The notes under the pieces: model-generated
What the model was told of the DNA's origin: nothing
Databases searched by the model: none
The model's input: only the letters and a program-made list of their open reading frames with translations
Shown here: positions 38,255 through 47,953 of the stretch, one piece after another
Layout of the letters: every line of letters starts with the position of its first letter
How positions within the stretch are numbered: position 1 is the first letter of the stretch
Origin: an uncultured delta proteobacterium
Lineage (GTDB): Bacteria; Myxococcota_A; Polyangia; Fen-1088
NCBI GenBank assembly: GCA_963737265.1
Contig: CAVTRY010000007.1
Coordinates: 96,001 to 160,000, forward strand
Length of the DNA stretch: 64,000 nucleotides
Reading direction: 5' to 3'
Made by a program: the position numbers and the translations under genes

Positions 38255-39834
38255 AGCGGACGGCGCTCGGGCTTGGCGTCGTCGGGGTATTTCTGTTGGC
38301 GGGGGCCGCGTGGGCGGAAGAGCGGCCGGCCGAGGAAGACATGTTCGGCGGGGCCGGGCAGACGGCGACGCCCACCGCCACGACTACAGCCACGCCTACG
38401 AGTACAGCAACCGACACGGGAACGGAAACGGGCACTGCGCTCGATGCGCGAGACAGTCTGAATCTGGGAGATCCGAACGCGGGAACGCGACTTTCCGCGG
38501 ACGTAGCGCCAGACGATCCGCTGAAGATCGGCGGCCAGTTCTACTGGCGCGTGATCAGCTCGGGCCAGCAAGGGAAGGCGCCGCAGAATTTCAGCCTTTC
38601 CGCTCCGGCACTGCTGGACGTGTTCATGGATGCGCGGCCGAACGATCGTGTGCGTGCCTTCGTGCTCGGCCGCATGACCTACGACCCGACCTTGCCGCCC
38701 AACGGAACGACGACGTCAGCAGCCAGCAGTGCGGTGGGTGGAGGAGCTTCAGACAGCACCTCGCTCAGCTCTGTGTTTGGCCAGCCGACGCGCGGACCGA
38801 CGGTGGTGCTTGACCAGATGTGGCTGCGTTTCGATCTTCTGCACACCGTGTTCGTGACCGCGGGCAAGCAGCATGTGCGATGGGGAACCGCCCGCTTCTG
38901 GACGCCCACAGACTACCTGCATTTGTCGCCGCTCAATCCTCTACTGCCATTCGACCCGCGCACCGGAACCACGATGTTGAAGCTGCAACTACCCTGGGAA
39001 AAGCGCGGGTGGAACTTCTACGCCTACGCCTTGCCCGAAGCAGCTACGGCGACGCCGACGACAGGTGACATCGCTGGCGCTGTGCGCGCGGAAGTTGTGC
39101 TAGGCACCTTCGAAGGTGGCGTCGGTGTTTTCGGCCAGCGCAACAGCAAAGCCAAGTTCGCCGGAGATTTTTCCTTCGGTGTTTGGGACCTCGATTTTTA
39201 TGGCGAAGCAGCGCTGCGAAACGCTGCTGACGTGGATTTCGTGCAGTACAAGGCACTGGATGCGTCACTACCAGCCTGCACGTCTGACACGCAGCAGCTC
39301 CCCCTTCCCACGTTGGTGGCGCAGTATTATCAAGCCGTGTCCGGCTCCGGCTGGAAACCCCAAGTCACCGGAGGCGTCTCCTATACACGTCAGTACGCCG
39401 ACAAGGACACCTTCACGGTCGGGGCCGAGTACTTCTACAACGGGCTTGGCTATTCCACTCCAAAGGACTATCCCGGCCTGATCATCCCCCGCACTCCGCC
39501 GCTGAGGAATCCCGCGACCTTCTTCTACTTAGGTCGTCAGTACGTCGGCGTTTTCGCGACGGCGCCTGCGCCCTATTCCTGGGACAACACCACCTTTACC
39601 TTCTCCACGCTGGCCAATTTGACCGACCGGTCGGCCATCACCCGCCTCGACTATTCGCTGACCGTGCTCACACACGTACGCTTTGAAGCATACGGGGCGG
39701 TCCACTACGGCCAGAAGAACGGCGAGTTTCGCTTTGGCTTTGACAGCAACGATTTGCCCTGCCCACCCAAGACACCGATCGACGTCGCCCCCGCCCTCTT
39801 CGATGTCGGCGTGGGGCTGCGCGTTGCGCTCTAG
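38251..39834 (+). CDS. Probable outer-membrane beta-barrel protein
   Basis: ATG overlaps the upstream stop (ATGA); signal peptide; VTAGKQHVRWG...PTD motif; alternating beta-strands; C-terminal FDVGVGLRVAL. Confidence 0.7.
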   Translation: MKRTALGLGVVGVFLLAGAAWAEERPAEEDMFGGAGQTATPTATTTATPTSTATDTGTETGTALDARDSLNLGDPNAGTRLSADVAPDDPLKIGGQFYWRVISSGQQGKAPQNFSLSAPALLDVFMDARPNDRVRAFVLGRMTYDPTLPPNGTTTSAASSAVGGGASDSTSLSSVFGQPTRGPTVVLDQMWLRFDLLHTVFVTAGKQHVRWGTARFWTPTDYLHLSPLNPLLPFDPRTGTTMLKLQLPWEKRGWNFYAYALPEAATATPTTGDIAGAVRAEVVLGTFEGGVGVFGQRNSKAKFAGDFSFGVWDLDFYGEAALRNAADVDFVQYKALDASLPACTSDTQQLPLPTLVAQYYQAVSGSGWKPQVTGGVSYTRQYADKDTFTVGAEYFYNGLGYSTPKDYPGLIIPRTPPLRNPATFFYLGRQYVGVFATAPAPYSWDNTTFTFSTLANLTDRSAITRLDYSLTVLTHVRFEAYGAVHYGQKNGEFRFGFDSNDLPCPPKTPIDVAPALFDVGVGLRVAL

Positions 39835-39900
39835 CTTTGCACGCGATCGCACTTGACGAGCCGCCCCGGATGCTGCACCTTCTTCCCTCCTAATACGTGA

Positions 39901-39974
<74 letters not shown>

Positions 39975-39983
39975 CAAAGAAAA

Positions 39984-40009
39984 GCGGCTTCAGCGAAAGC
40001 TGGGGTCGT
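39984..40009 (+). terminator. Hairpin after tRNA-fMet
   Basis: GCGGCTTCAGC-GAAA-GCTGGGGTCGT (stem with G-U pairs, GNRA loop). Confidence 0.45.
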
Positions 40010-40138
40010 AATTCTTGTTCCGCGTTTCACGACGTGGGATGATGGAGGAAATCGGGTGCCTTGGTTTGGATCTGCGCGCCACCCGCCGACCGAAGTGAAC
40101 GAGAGAATGGATACCGCGCGATCCGACGAAGGAAAATC

Positions 40139-40471
40139 ATGGGAAAGAGACTGTACGTAGGGAATCTGTCGTATTCTACAACCGAGCTCGACCTCCGCGA
40201 CCTGTTCGCGAAGTTCGGCACCGTCGCTGACGCAAAGTTGGTGATGGATCGCGACACCGGCCGCCCGCGCGGATTCGGCTTCGTGGAAATGTCGACCGAC
40301 AGCGAGGCGACCGAAGCAATCAATGGCCTCAACGGTCAGGATTGCCAGGGTCGCGCCTTGGCCGTGAACGAAGCGCGTGAGCGCACTGGCGGTGGCGGTG
40401 GCGGTGGCGGTGGCGGCGGCGGTGGTGGTCGCGGCGGTCGTGGCGGTGGCGGCGGCGGCGGTCGCTGGTAG
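40139..40471 (+). CDS. RRM RNA-binding protein with Gly-rich tail
   Basis: RLYVGNLS (RNP2), RGFGFVEM (RNP1), VNEAR, poly-Gly/RGG tail. Confidence 0.96.
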   Translation: MGKRLYVGNLSYSTTELDLRDLFAKFGTVADAKLVMDRDTGRPRGFGFVEMSTDSEATEAINGLNGQDCQGRALAVNEARERTGGGGGGGGGGGGGGRGGRGGGGGGGRW

Positions 40472-40497
40472 TCTGGTTGTAACAAACTGACGGTTTT

Positions 40498-40532
40498 CCC
40501 TCGGTACCCTCTTGCAGGGAACCGAGGGTTTT
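40498..40532 (+). terminator. Rho-independent terminator
   Basis: CCCTCGGTACCCT-CTTGC-AGGGAACCGAGGG-TTTT. Confidence 0.75.
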
Positions 40533-40584
40533 GCCGTGTCCAGCGCTCGTGGAGGCCGCTGGCTTGGCCAGGGAAGACGCGATT

Positions 40585-41373
40585 TCAGCCGATGGCGAAC
40601 GCGCCGTACCCGACCACGCGATTGCGTGGGCCCGCGGTGTCGCCGGAGTTGCGCAGGTCGAGGGTCAGGCAGGAAAGCCCCTTGCGCGACGCGATGGCCA
40701 GCAACGCGTTGACGCCAGTGGCGCCGCAGGCTTGATCGTGATCGATCCCCTCCGCGGCGAGTTGCTCCAGGGCCCTTGCCGTGGCGGCGTCCAAGCGCTG
40801 CGCGCTGGCGTAGTCGTGGTAGTGGCTTAGGTCCGAGCTGATGACGATGGCGGTTTCGCTTTCGCCCCAAAGATGGGCCAGCGCGCGTTCGGCCGCCTGC
40901 GCGTCGTCATCGCCGGCCAACAAAGGCACCACGCGCGCGTCGGGGAAAACGAGCTTGAGGAAGGGCAGATGCACCTCTAGGCTGTGCTCGTTTTCGTGCG
41001 CCGGATCGAATTCGCGCGCAAGTCCCGCCTTCACCAACCCGGTCACGGCGTCGCGATCGACGGCAACCGGTCCAAGCGGTGTCTCGAACGCGACGGCGCC
41101 GCTGGCGGCCACGCCCGAAAACCCTACGCGGTGGGACGGGCCGAATAAGACCACGCGTTCGATCTCCTCTGCTCGCGCCGACAGCGCGGCGTAAGCCGTG
41201 CCCGCGACTGGCCCGGAGTAGATGTAGCCCGCGTGCGGCGCGATCACAGCCTTGGGCGGCGTAGGGATTGCAGGTGGAGCGGCCCCGACGAGATAGGATT
41301 TAACCGACGCGGCAAGCTCTTGCGGCTTGTCGGAATAAAACATGCCTGCGAAGGCTGGGGCGCGCACGCGCAT
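40585..41373 (-). CDS. amrB: AmmeMemoRadiSam system protein B (MEMO1 family)
   Basis: VRAPAFAGMFY, APHAGYIYSG, GPSH, EHSLEVHLPFL, ISSDLSHY, ACG, NSGD..G....VVGY. Confidence 0.95.
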   Translation of the reverse strand: MRVRAPAFAGMFYSDKPQELAASVKSYLVGAAPPAIPTPPKAVIAPHAGYIYSGPVAGTAYAALSARAEEIERVVLFGPSHRVGFSGVAASGAVAFETPLGPVAVDRDAVTGLVKAGLAREFDPAHENEHSLEVHLPFLKLVFPDARVVPLLAGDDDAQAAERALAHLWGESETAIVISSDLSHYHDYASAQRLDAATARALEQLAAEGIDHDQACGATGVNALLAIASRKGLSCLTLDLRNSGDTAGPRNRVVGYGAFAIG

Positions 41374-41408
41374 GCCATACTCTACCGCGAATCTAGGTGA
41401 GGAACAGG

Positions 41409-42515
41409 ATGGCAAAAGTTAGCACGTTGAGCGGGGATTCTTGGGTGGTGCCAAGCCGCTTCTACAGCCGTGGCAGCGACGGACGCGTGCTGTGCGAGAT
41501 GTGCCCGCGCGGCTGCCGTTTGATCGGGGGCCAGCGCGGCGTTTGCTTCGTGCGTGCGTGCCGCGACGGACAGATCGTGTTCACGAGCTACGGACGCTCG
41601 ACCGGATTCTGCGTGGATCCCATCGAAAAAAAACCGTTGTTTCATTTTCTGCCGGGAACGCCGGTGCTTTCCTTTGGCACCGCGGGCTGCAATCTGACGT
41701 GCAAGTTTTGCCAGAACTGGGAGACCAGCCGCGCCCGCGAGACTGATGAGACGAGCGAGCCGGCGTTGCCGGCGGCCATCGCCAACACGGCGCTCCACCT
41801 GGGCTGCCGGAGCGTGGCCATGACCTACAACGATCCGGTGGTGTTTTTCGAGTACGCCGTCGACGTTGCCGACGCTTGCCGCGAACGCGATGTGCGCGCC
41901 GTCGCGGTCACGGCGGGCTACATGATGCCGGCCCCGCGCGCGGAACTCTACCGCCGCATCGACGCGGCGAACGTGGATCTCAAAGCGTTTTCACAGCGAT
42001 TCTACCGCGAGCTTTCCGGTGGCGACCTCGGCCGCGTCTTAGATACCTTGGTGTACTTGCACGAACAGACCAAGGTCTGGCTGGAAATCACCACCCTGCT
42101 CATCCCTGGCGAAAACGACAGCGATACCGAGCTGGACGAGATGACTCGCTGGCTGGCTGCGAATTTGGGTGCCGACGTGCCGCTGCACTTTTCGGCGTTT
42201 CATCCCGATTTTCGTCTGCTCGATCGGCCGCCGACGCCGCTTGCGACCGTGCAGCGTGCCCGCGCCATCGCGCGCGGCAATGGCCTGCACCACGTGTACA
42301 TCGGCAACCTGCGCGACGATGACGGCGCCGCCACCTACTGCGCCGGCTGCGGTGCCAAGCTCATCGGCCGCATCGGCTACGAAATTACGTCGTGGGAGTT
42401 GAGAGAGAACGGCGCGTGCAGGGTTTGCGGGGCCGTCTGCGCGGGTGTTTTCGACGGGCCTCCCGGAACGTGGGGAAATCGCCGCTTGCCGGTAGCCATC
42501 GACGGGACCGGATAG
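41409..42515 (+). CDS. amrS: AmmeMemoRadiSam system radical SAM enzyme
   Basis: CEMCPRGC, VDPIEKKPLFHF.PG, GCNLTCKFCQNW, ANVDLK, LHFSAFHP, C-terminal CxxC pairs. Confidence 0.95.
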   Translation: MAKVSTLSGDSWVVPSRFYSRGSDGRVLCEMCPRGCRLIGGQRGVCFVRACRDGQIVFTSYGRSTGFCVDPIEKKPLFHFLPGTPVLSFGTAGCNLTCKFCQNWETSRARETDETSEPALPAAIANTALHLGCRSVAMTYNDPVVFFEYAVDVADACRERDVRAVAVTAGYMMPAPRAELYRRIDAANVDLKAFSQRFYRELSGGDLGRVLDTLVYLHEQTKVWLEITTLLIPGENDSDTELDEMTRWLAANLGADVPLHFSAFHPDFRLLDRPPTPLATVQRARAIARGNGLHHVYIGNLRDDDGAATYCAGCGAKLIGRIGYEITSWELRENGACRVCGAVCAGVFDGPPGTWGNRRLPVAIDGTG

Positions 42516-42632
42516 TTCACCGCAGAGGCGCCGAGAACGCAGAGACTGCGCAGAAAGAAGAAGGGTTCGGAACGGCGATCCGGAAAACCCTCACCTTTCC
42601 GGCCTCTGCGATCTCCGTGCCTCTGTGGTGAA
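42516..42632. repeat. 117-bp inverted-repeat element (TTCACCGCAGAG...CTCTGTGGTGAA)
   Basis: About 29-bp imperfect terminal IR with 9-nt periodic CAGAG units, between convergent genes. Confidence 0.8.
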
Positions 42633-42638
42633 ATCCGC

Positions 42639-44986
42639 CTACAGGCTCTGCAAGAAAGCGATCAAATCTCTCTTCTCGTCGGCGCCGAGCCTGGTGCCGA
42701 ACTCGTGGCCGGTGTTGCGATTGCCAGGCAGGCGGGTGTCGAAGGTGAAGGCACCTTGGCCGCTGCCGAGGACGAAGCTCGCCGGTCGCTGGTCGCTCGG
42801 GACGAGCAAGCGCCTCCAGCGTAGGCACCGAGCCGTTGTGCAAGTAGGGCGCCGAGGCGACCAGGGTCGTAAGCGGCGGCGTGCGCACCCACGGACCGGC
42901 GATCTCGAACTGTTTCGACCGGGCCTTTGCGATGGGCGGACGGGATGCGGGTGATGGGCATGCGCACGTTCTTGTCGGCGAGCTCGCGACGATCGACTTC
43001 GAACCCGAACATCGCATCGGTGCCGATGCCACCCGCGGCCAGGTCGTCGCGCTCGTCGCCTTGGGCGCGGCCGTCGCCGTCGGCGTCGAAGGGCAAGATG
43101 CGGCAGTTCGAGTACGGAATCGGCGTGGCCAGGGCGGGGTGGCTGTCGTGGCAGCTGGTTGCACGTCGACTGCACTTGCTCGGCGGTGGTGCTTGCGCGA
43201 TCGATGCCGAATTCGTCGAAGATCGACGACAGACCAGCACGGGCCGCGCCCTTGCGCAGGCCGATCATGGCCAGCATGCCAACCGGCTCGTGCACGAGAT
43301 GGCAGTCGGTGCAGCGGGGGATTTCCAGGCCGGCTTTGGGAATGGGCTTCTTCGGTCGCGAGTGTGGTGGCCGAATGGCAGGACACGCAGCGAACGGGTA
43401 GATGCGCGCGGCAAGCGGCCGGGTTTCGTCGATGGGCGCAAGACAGCGGCGGCGCGATATCGGTGTTGGCGTAGACCGGCGGTACGTCGACTAGGATCTG
43501 TTGGTTGATGATCTCGCCCGTGATGCGATTGAAGAAGATCGCTTGACCGCGCGCCACGGCCGCCGGATCCAGTGCGGGGCGCGCGATGGCGGAAAGATCG
43601 GTGTCGTAGAGCAGCTTGCGGATCTGGGTGGCCTCGAAGCCGAGGCGCAGGCCGCGCACGAGCTCGGGCGGCGCGGGCGAGTTGTGGCGCAAAACGCGCA
43701 CGTACATGATGCCGGGGAAGGAATCGGCCTGCAGGCCAATGGCGCCGATGGAGCGGCTGTCGAGCACCATGGCGCGATTGATGAGATCGTCGTCGCCTTC
43801 GAGGCCGGGTGGAAATTCGATGCCGAGCTCGGCCAAGGCGCGGGCGCGGCTTTGTCCCGTGCGTTCGGCGTAGCGGCCGAGCCAGTCGACCCCGCGCGTG
43901 GCGTAGGTCGCCGCCCAATTGATGACGGACAGCGAACGCACCGAGAGCGAGCTTGGAATGCTCTTGGGGTTGAATACGCCCTCGGGTGCCGGTGCGCATG
44001 GCGCCCACGTCGGCGTAGCGGCGCGAGTGCAGCCCCGGCGCGCTCATGTCGAGTCCGAATTCGTTGGTCAGGTCGGCGCGGCCCGGCCCGGCCAGCAGCA
44101 GCGACGCCTGCACTTGTTTGGCGCCGGGCAGCTTGAGCGCCTGGCGATACTCGGCCACCGTCACCTGGCCGTCGTGATTCAGATCTAGCACCAAGGACTC
44201 GGCGAGGCGCATGCGGCGTTTGATGTCCGCTTCGTCGTCGGGAACGCCGTCGTGGTCCAGGTCGAGGACGTGGGCCGGGTCGAACAGCGACGAGGTGGCC
44301 AGCATCATGCCGTAGTCGAGGCGCGCGCTCGGCAGGCCGAGCACGGTCTTGCCATCCACGGGATTGCGGCCGGAATGGCACAGCCAGCAAGTCATGCCGA
44401 TCTCGCCCGTGGGCTTGCCGGTCTGAAAATCGAGAGCATCGCGCAGGCCGGAAAATCCCGTGCTGGCCGAAGTGTAGCCGAGCTTTCCCGGCGGGTCGTC
44501 GGGATCGGCGGCAAGACCGAAAACCTCGGGATTGCCTAAGATGCCGCCTTTGAGCGAGATGTCGCGGGTGACGTGGGTGTCCACCGTGCCGTCTTGATCG
44601 AGATCGAGCGGCACGCGATCGAGATGGATTTCGATATCGCGGCGCCAAGCCAGATCCGCGAGGTGGGTCCAGTAGTCGCCGTTGGTGTTCACCAGGCGCG
44701 AGCCTTGGCTCGACGTCGGACGGGTGAAGTCCTGCCATTCGTAGGTGCCGATGCTTTCGATGGCCTGCTGCCGGACACTGGCATGGGCCGCGGCGGGCAG
44801 GAGGCGCGGCGCAACGACGCCCGGAAGGAGGGTCGCGTCCGGCGCCGGTGCGGGCGGTTCTGCCCGGTCGATATCTGCCTTGTCCATGTGCGGTTGCGTG
44901 CGCACGTGTCGAAATTTGTGTTTGCACGAGCTTGCGCCGGTGAGGGCTAGCGCGACGAACGCAGCGGCGATGGTTTCACGCTTCAC
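42639..44986 (-). pseudogene. Frameshifted multiheme cytochrome c lipoprotein, RoxA/di-heme peroxidase-like
   Basis: Lipobox ASSC; CWLCH, CVSCH, CTDCH and a frameshift-split C..SCH; APYLHNGSVPTL; FDTRLPGNRNTGHEFG...EKRDLIAFLQSL; needs at least 5 frame changes between about 43985 and 42810. Confidence 0.75.
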
Positions 44987-45061
44987 GAGGCCCGAAATCT
45001 ACATCGCAATGACGAATGTGCACACCTCCCGTCGACCGTTGGTGCATAAGCTTCTACCCCG

Positions 45062-46238
45062 ATGCAGGGAACACCATCCGAAGGCGGAGTCGAAAACCGG
45101 CTTCCGCAGGCGTCACGCACCAAGCGCATCGAGAGTGCGGGAGCGCTGGAAGTGTTCGTTCTGGCGACGCCCGCGTCGACGCTCGACGAGCCGCGCGGAC
45201 AGTTCGCCTCCATGGCAGCCAATGCCTGCGACGCGCTAAACGCCGAGGGATTTGCACCGGGCGACATCGTGTGCGGCTGGATCCATGTCGCGGCGCCGCC
45301 GGCTTGGCCGTGGCGGGGCATACTGGCCAGCGCGTGGAAGATGTCCAGCACCGAGCCATTGCCCGTCACTCCGCTACTCCAGCCACCGGCCGCACCCTCC
45401 TGCTATTGCACCTTGCTCGTGCATGCCGTCCGTTCGCGCGGGTCGAGTCGGGTCTGGTGCGGCCTTACCACACAGCCGGCGGCGAGCACCGTCCTGCGCG
45501 CCGGCGCGCGCCACTTGCGACTGACATCCATCGTACCGCGAACCGAGTTGGCGCCGGGCTCGAACCGTCGCGGAGGCCGCCTACGACATGTTGGCCCAGG
45601 CCAGCCACGCCCTCACCGCGCGCGGGCTTTCCTTCAAGGACGTGGTCCGCACGTGGATTGTCGTGCGCGACATTCATCGCAACTACGAGGCGGTGAACCA
45701 GGCCCGCAATCGATTTTTCGCCGAACAGCGGATTGTCCGCTTGCCCGCCAGCACCTGTGTCGAGGGCGGCATCTTGGGTTCCGGCTGTCCGGTGGCCATG
45801 GATCTCTACGCCGTGGCCGGCCCGGCGCAAATCCGCATCGAGGCCATCCCGCCTGGGTCCATGGGCGAGGCCACTGCCTACGGATCGTCGTTTGCGCGCG
45901 GTACGCTCATTGACGAGCCCGGCCGGTCGATGGTGTACCTTTCTGGAACGGCGAGCATCGACGCGCAGGGAGCCGTGGTTTCCCTGGGCAGCGTGAGCGG
46001 CCAACTCGACTGCATGCTCGGCAATGCGCGAAGCCTGCTAGGCCAGGTCGGCATGGATTTCGGCCACGTCGCCGGCGCCATCGCGTACCTTAAGCGGGCG
46101 GGCGACTACGGCGAATTCCTGCGGGCGGCAGCGGAGCGCGGCCTTCCGGCCTCCGTGCCCACCGCGGTGGTCGTCGCCGATATCTGCCGGCCCGAATGGC
46201 TGTGCGAAATCGAGCTGTGCGCCGCCAAGTCGACCTAG
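45062..46238 (+). pseudogene. Rid/YjgF-family (chorismatase FkbO/Hyg5-like) protein split by one frameshift
   Basis: DVVRTW...RNYEAVNQARNRFF...LPAST; SFARG...VYLSGTASID; VVADICRPEWLCEIE; apparent +1 nt near 45563 joins ORFs 45062 and 45588. Confidence 0.7.
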
Positions 46239-46261
46239 CTACTCCGCGTCCGCAATGCTGA

Positions 46262-46285
46262 AATCGGACTAAAATCGGTCGGATT
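46262..46285. promoter_or_regulatory. Candidate Rrf2 operator
   Basis: AATCGGAC-N8-GTCGGATT imperfect inverted repeat about 40 nt upstream of the Rrf2 gene. Confidence 0.45.
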
Positions 46286-46323
46286 GGGCGGACGCATGGC
46301 AATTTGCGCGCTAGGCTCGGGAT

Positions 46324-46857
46324 ATGGATACAATTCTCAGAATATCTGACGCAGCGAACCTAGCTATCCATGCGATGGCCCACATTGCCAGATCGGGTGG
46401 CGACGTTAACCATTCAGTCAACGAAATCGCCGCCGAACAAGGCGTTTCAGAAGCCCATCTGTCGAAAGTCATGCAGCGCCTGGTGAAGGTCGGTCTCCTC
46501 ACCTCACGGCGCGGTCCGGGCGGAGGCTTCGTTCTCAGCCGGGTGGCGGAAAAGATCTCTCTCTTGGAGATTCTCGAGGCCATGGACGGACCGATGTCGG
46601 ACTGCAAGTGCCTACTCGGACGCAAAAAGTGCCTATTTGGTGGCTGTGCTCTCGGGGCGCTTTTGACCCACGTCAACCATCAGGTGCGGGTCTTCATGGC
46701 GTCGCGGAATCTGTCGGACCTGATGGGATCGAGTCTCAAGCACACGCTGTTTCTGGCAGGGCTATCGGGGACAAACGGGGGACCAGAGAAAACCAAGAAG
46801 AAGCCGGCGAAGCACAAGTCACAAGACGCGCCGCGGCCAGCGCGACCAGATCGATAG
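46324..46857 (+). CDS. Rrf2 family transcriptional regulator (putative Fe-S)
   Basis: AIHAMAHIA...SEAHLSKVMQRLVKVGLLTSRRGPGGGF; CKCLLGRKKCLFGGC. Confidence 0.93.
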   Translation: MDTILRISDAANLAIHAMAHIARSGGDVNHSVNEIAAEQGVSEAHLSKVMQRLVKVGLLTSRRGPGGGFVLSRVAEKISLLEILEAMDGPMSDCKCLLGRKKCLFGGCALGALLTHVNHQVRVFMASRNLSDLMGSSLKHTLFLAGLSGTNGGPEKTKKKPAKHKSQDAPRPARPDR

Positions 46858-46861
46858 GGCA

Positions 46862-47004
46862 CTACGGGCCTGCCGGCAGCAAACCGGCCGCCTGCCGCGC
46901 CATCATTCCACCATCGAGGTCGCGCACGCTCAGCCACGCGCGATGAGTTCGTTGCCGGCGGACAGGCTCATGCCGCCGCTCATGCAAACCACCGTCCGCG
47001 AGAA
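46862..47004 (-). pseudogene. Rhodanese-domain remnant
   Basis: VVCMSGGMS.SAGNELIARG/(fs)SVRDLDGGMMARQAAGL matches the rhodanese C-terminal half (CxSGxRS...LxGG..AW..AGL); 5' half missing. Confidence 0.6.
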
Positions 47005-47090
47005 CTATCTAAGCCCTCTGACTAGCGCTAGTATTCCGCTGCCCCAATCCGGCGTCATGGACGCCTTCATTCGCGACGTAGGAGATCAAC

Positions 47091-47900
47091 GTGAGAAACA
47101 GCATCAAGCTTGCAGTCCTAGTGTTGGCCAGCACGATTCTTGGCAGCGCATGCGTCACCTCGGGAACGTATGACGCCAAGGTGGCCGAGCTCGACAAGTC
47201 GTTCAAGGATCAGGACTCGCTGAAAAAGGACAACGCCAAACTACAAAACCAGATCGACGATCTCAACAAGCAGATTACCGAGCTGAAGAAGCAGATGGAC
47301 CAAGTCAAGGCTTACAGCAAGGGCAAGGCCGACGAGGCCGGGGCGCTGGCGGCCGGCATGGAGAACTTGCAGAAGCGTTTGGACGAATTGGAAAAGCAGA
47401 AGAAGACGGCGGAGGCGCGCGCGGCCATGTTCCGTTCTCTCGTGGACAAGCTGCGCTCGATGGTCGATGCAGGTCAGATCAAGGTGACGGTTCGCAACGG
47501 CCGCATGCTGCTGGTTCTGCCCAACGACATTCTCTTCGATTCGGGCAAGACCGAGCTTAAGCCCGAGGGCAAGGATGCCATCGCCAAGGTCGCCAAGGTG
47601 CTGGCCGGCATGCCGGATCGCCACTTTCTGGTTGCCGGCCACACCGACAACCTACGCATCAAGACCAAGCAGTTCCGCTCCAACTGGGAGCTCTCCACTG
47701 GGCGCGCCGTCGAGGTCGTGCGCCTGCTCATCGACAACGGCATGAAGCCGAGCCAGGTCGGCGCCGCCGGCTACGCCGAGTACGATCCTGCCGCGGACAA
47801 TGCGACCGCCGAAGGGCAGAAGCTGAATCGCCGCATCGAAATCGTCGTCGAGCCCAATCTCTCGGAGCTTCCCAGCTTGGAAGGTCTCGGCATCAAGTAG
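47091..47900 (+). CDS. OmpA/MotB-family lipoprotein with coiled coil
   Basis: Lipobox GSAC; coiled coil; ILFDSGK, VAGHTDN, SNWELSTGRA, NRRIEIV. Confidence 0.9.
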   Translation: MRNSIKLAVLVLASTILGSACVTSGTYDAKVAELDKSFKDQDSLKKDNAKLQNQIDDLNKQITELKKQMDQVKAYSKGKADEAGALAAGMENLQKRLDELEKQKKTAEARAAMFRSLVDKLRSMVDAGQIKVTVRNGRMLLVLPNDILFDSGKTELKPEGKDAIAKVAKVLAGMPDRHFLVAGHTDNLRIKTKQFRSNWELSTGRAVEVVRLLIDNGMKPSQVGAAGYAEYDPAADNATAEGQKLNRRIEIVVEPNLSELPSLEGLGIK

Positions 47901-47953
47901 TTCTGTTTTGTCAGGTGGAGGTTGGGCGTAGACTGGCGCCGCTTGACTCCATC

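Noticed and set aside
40388-40462. (GGT/GGC)n repeat
   Set aside because: Ordinary Gly-rich tail of bacterial RRM proteins.
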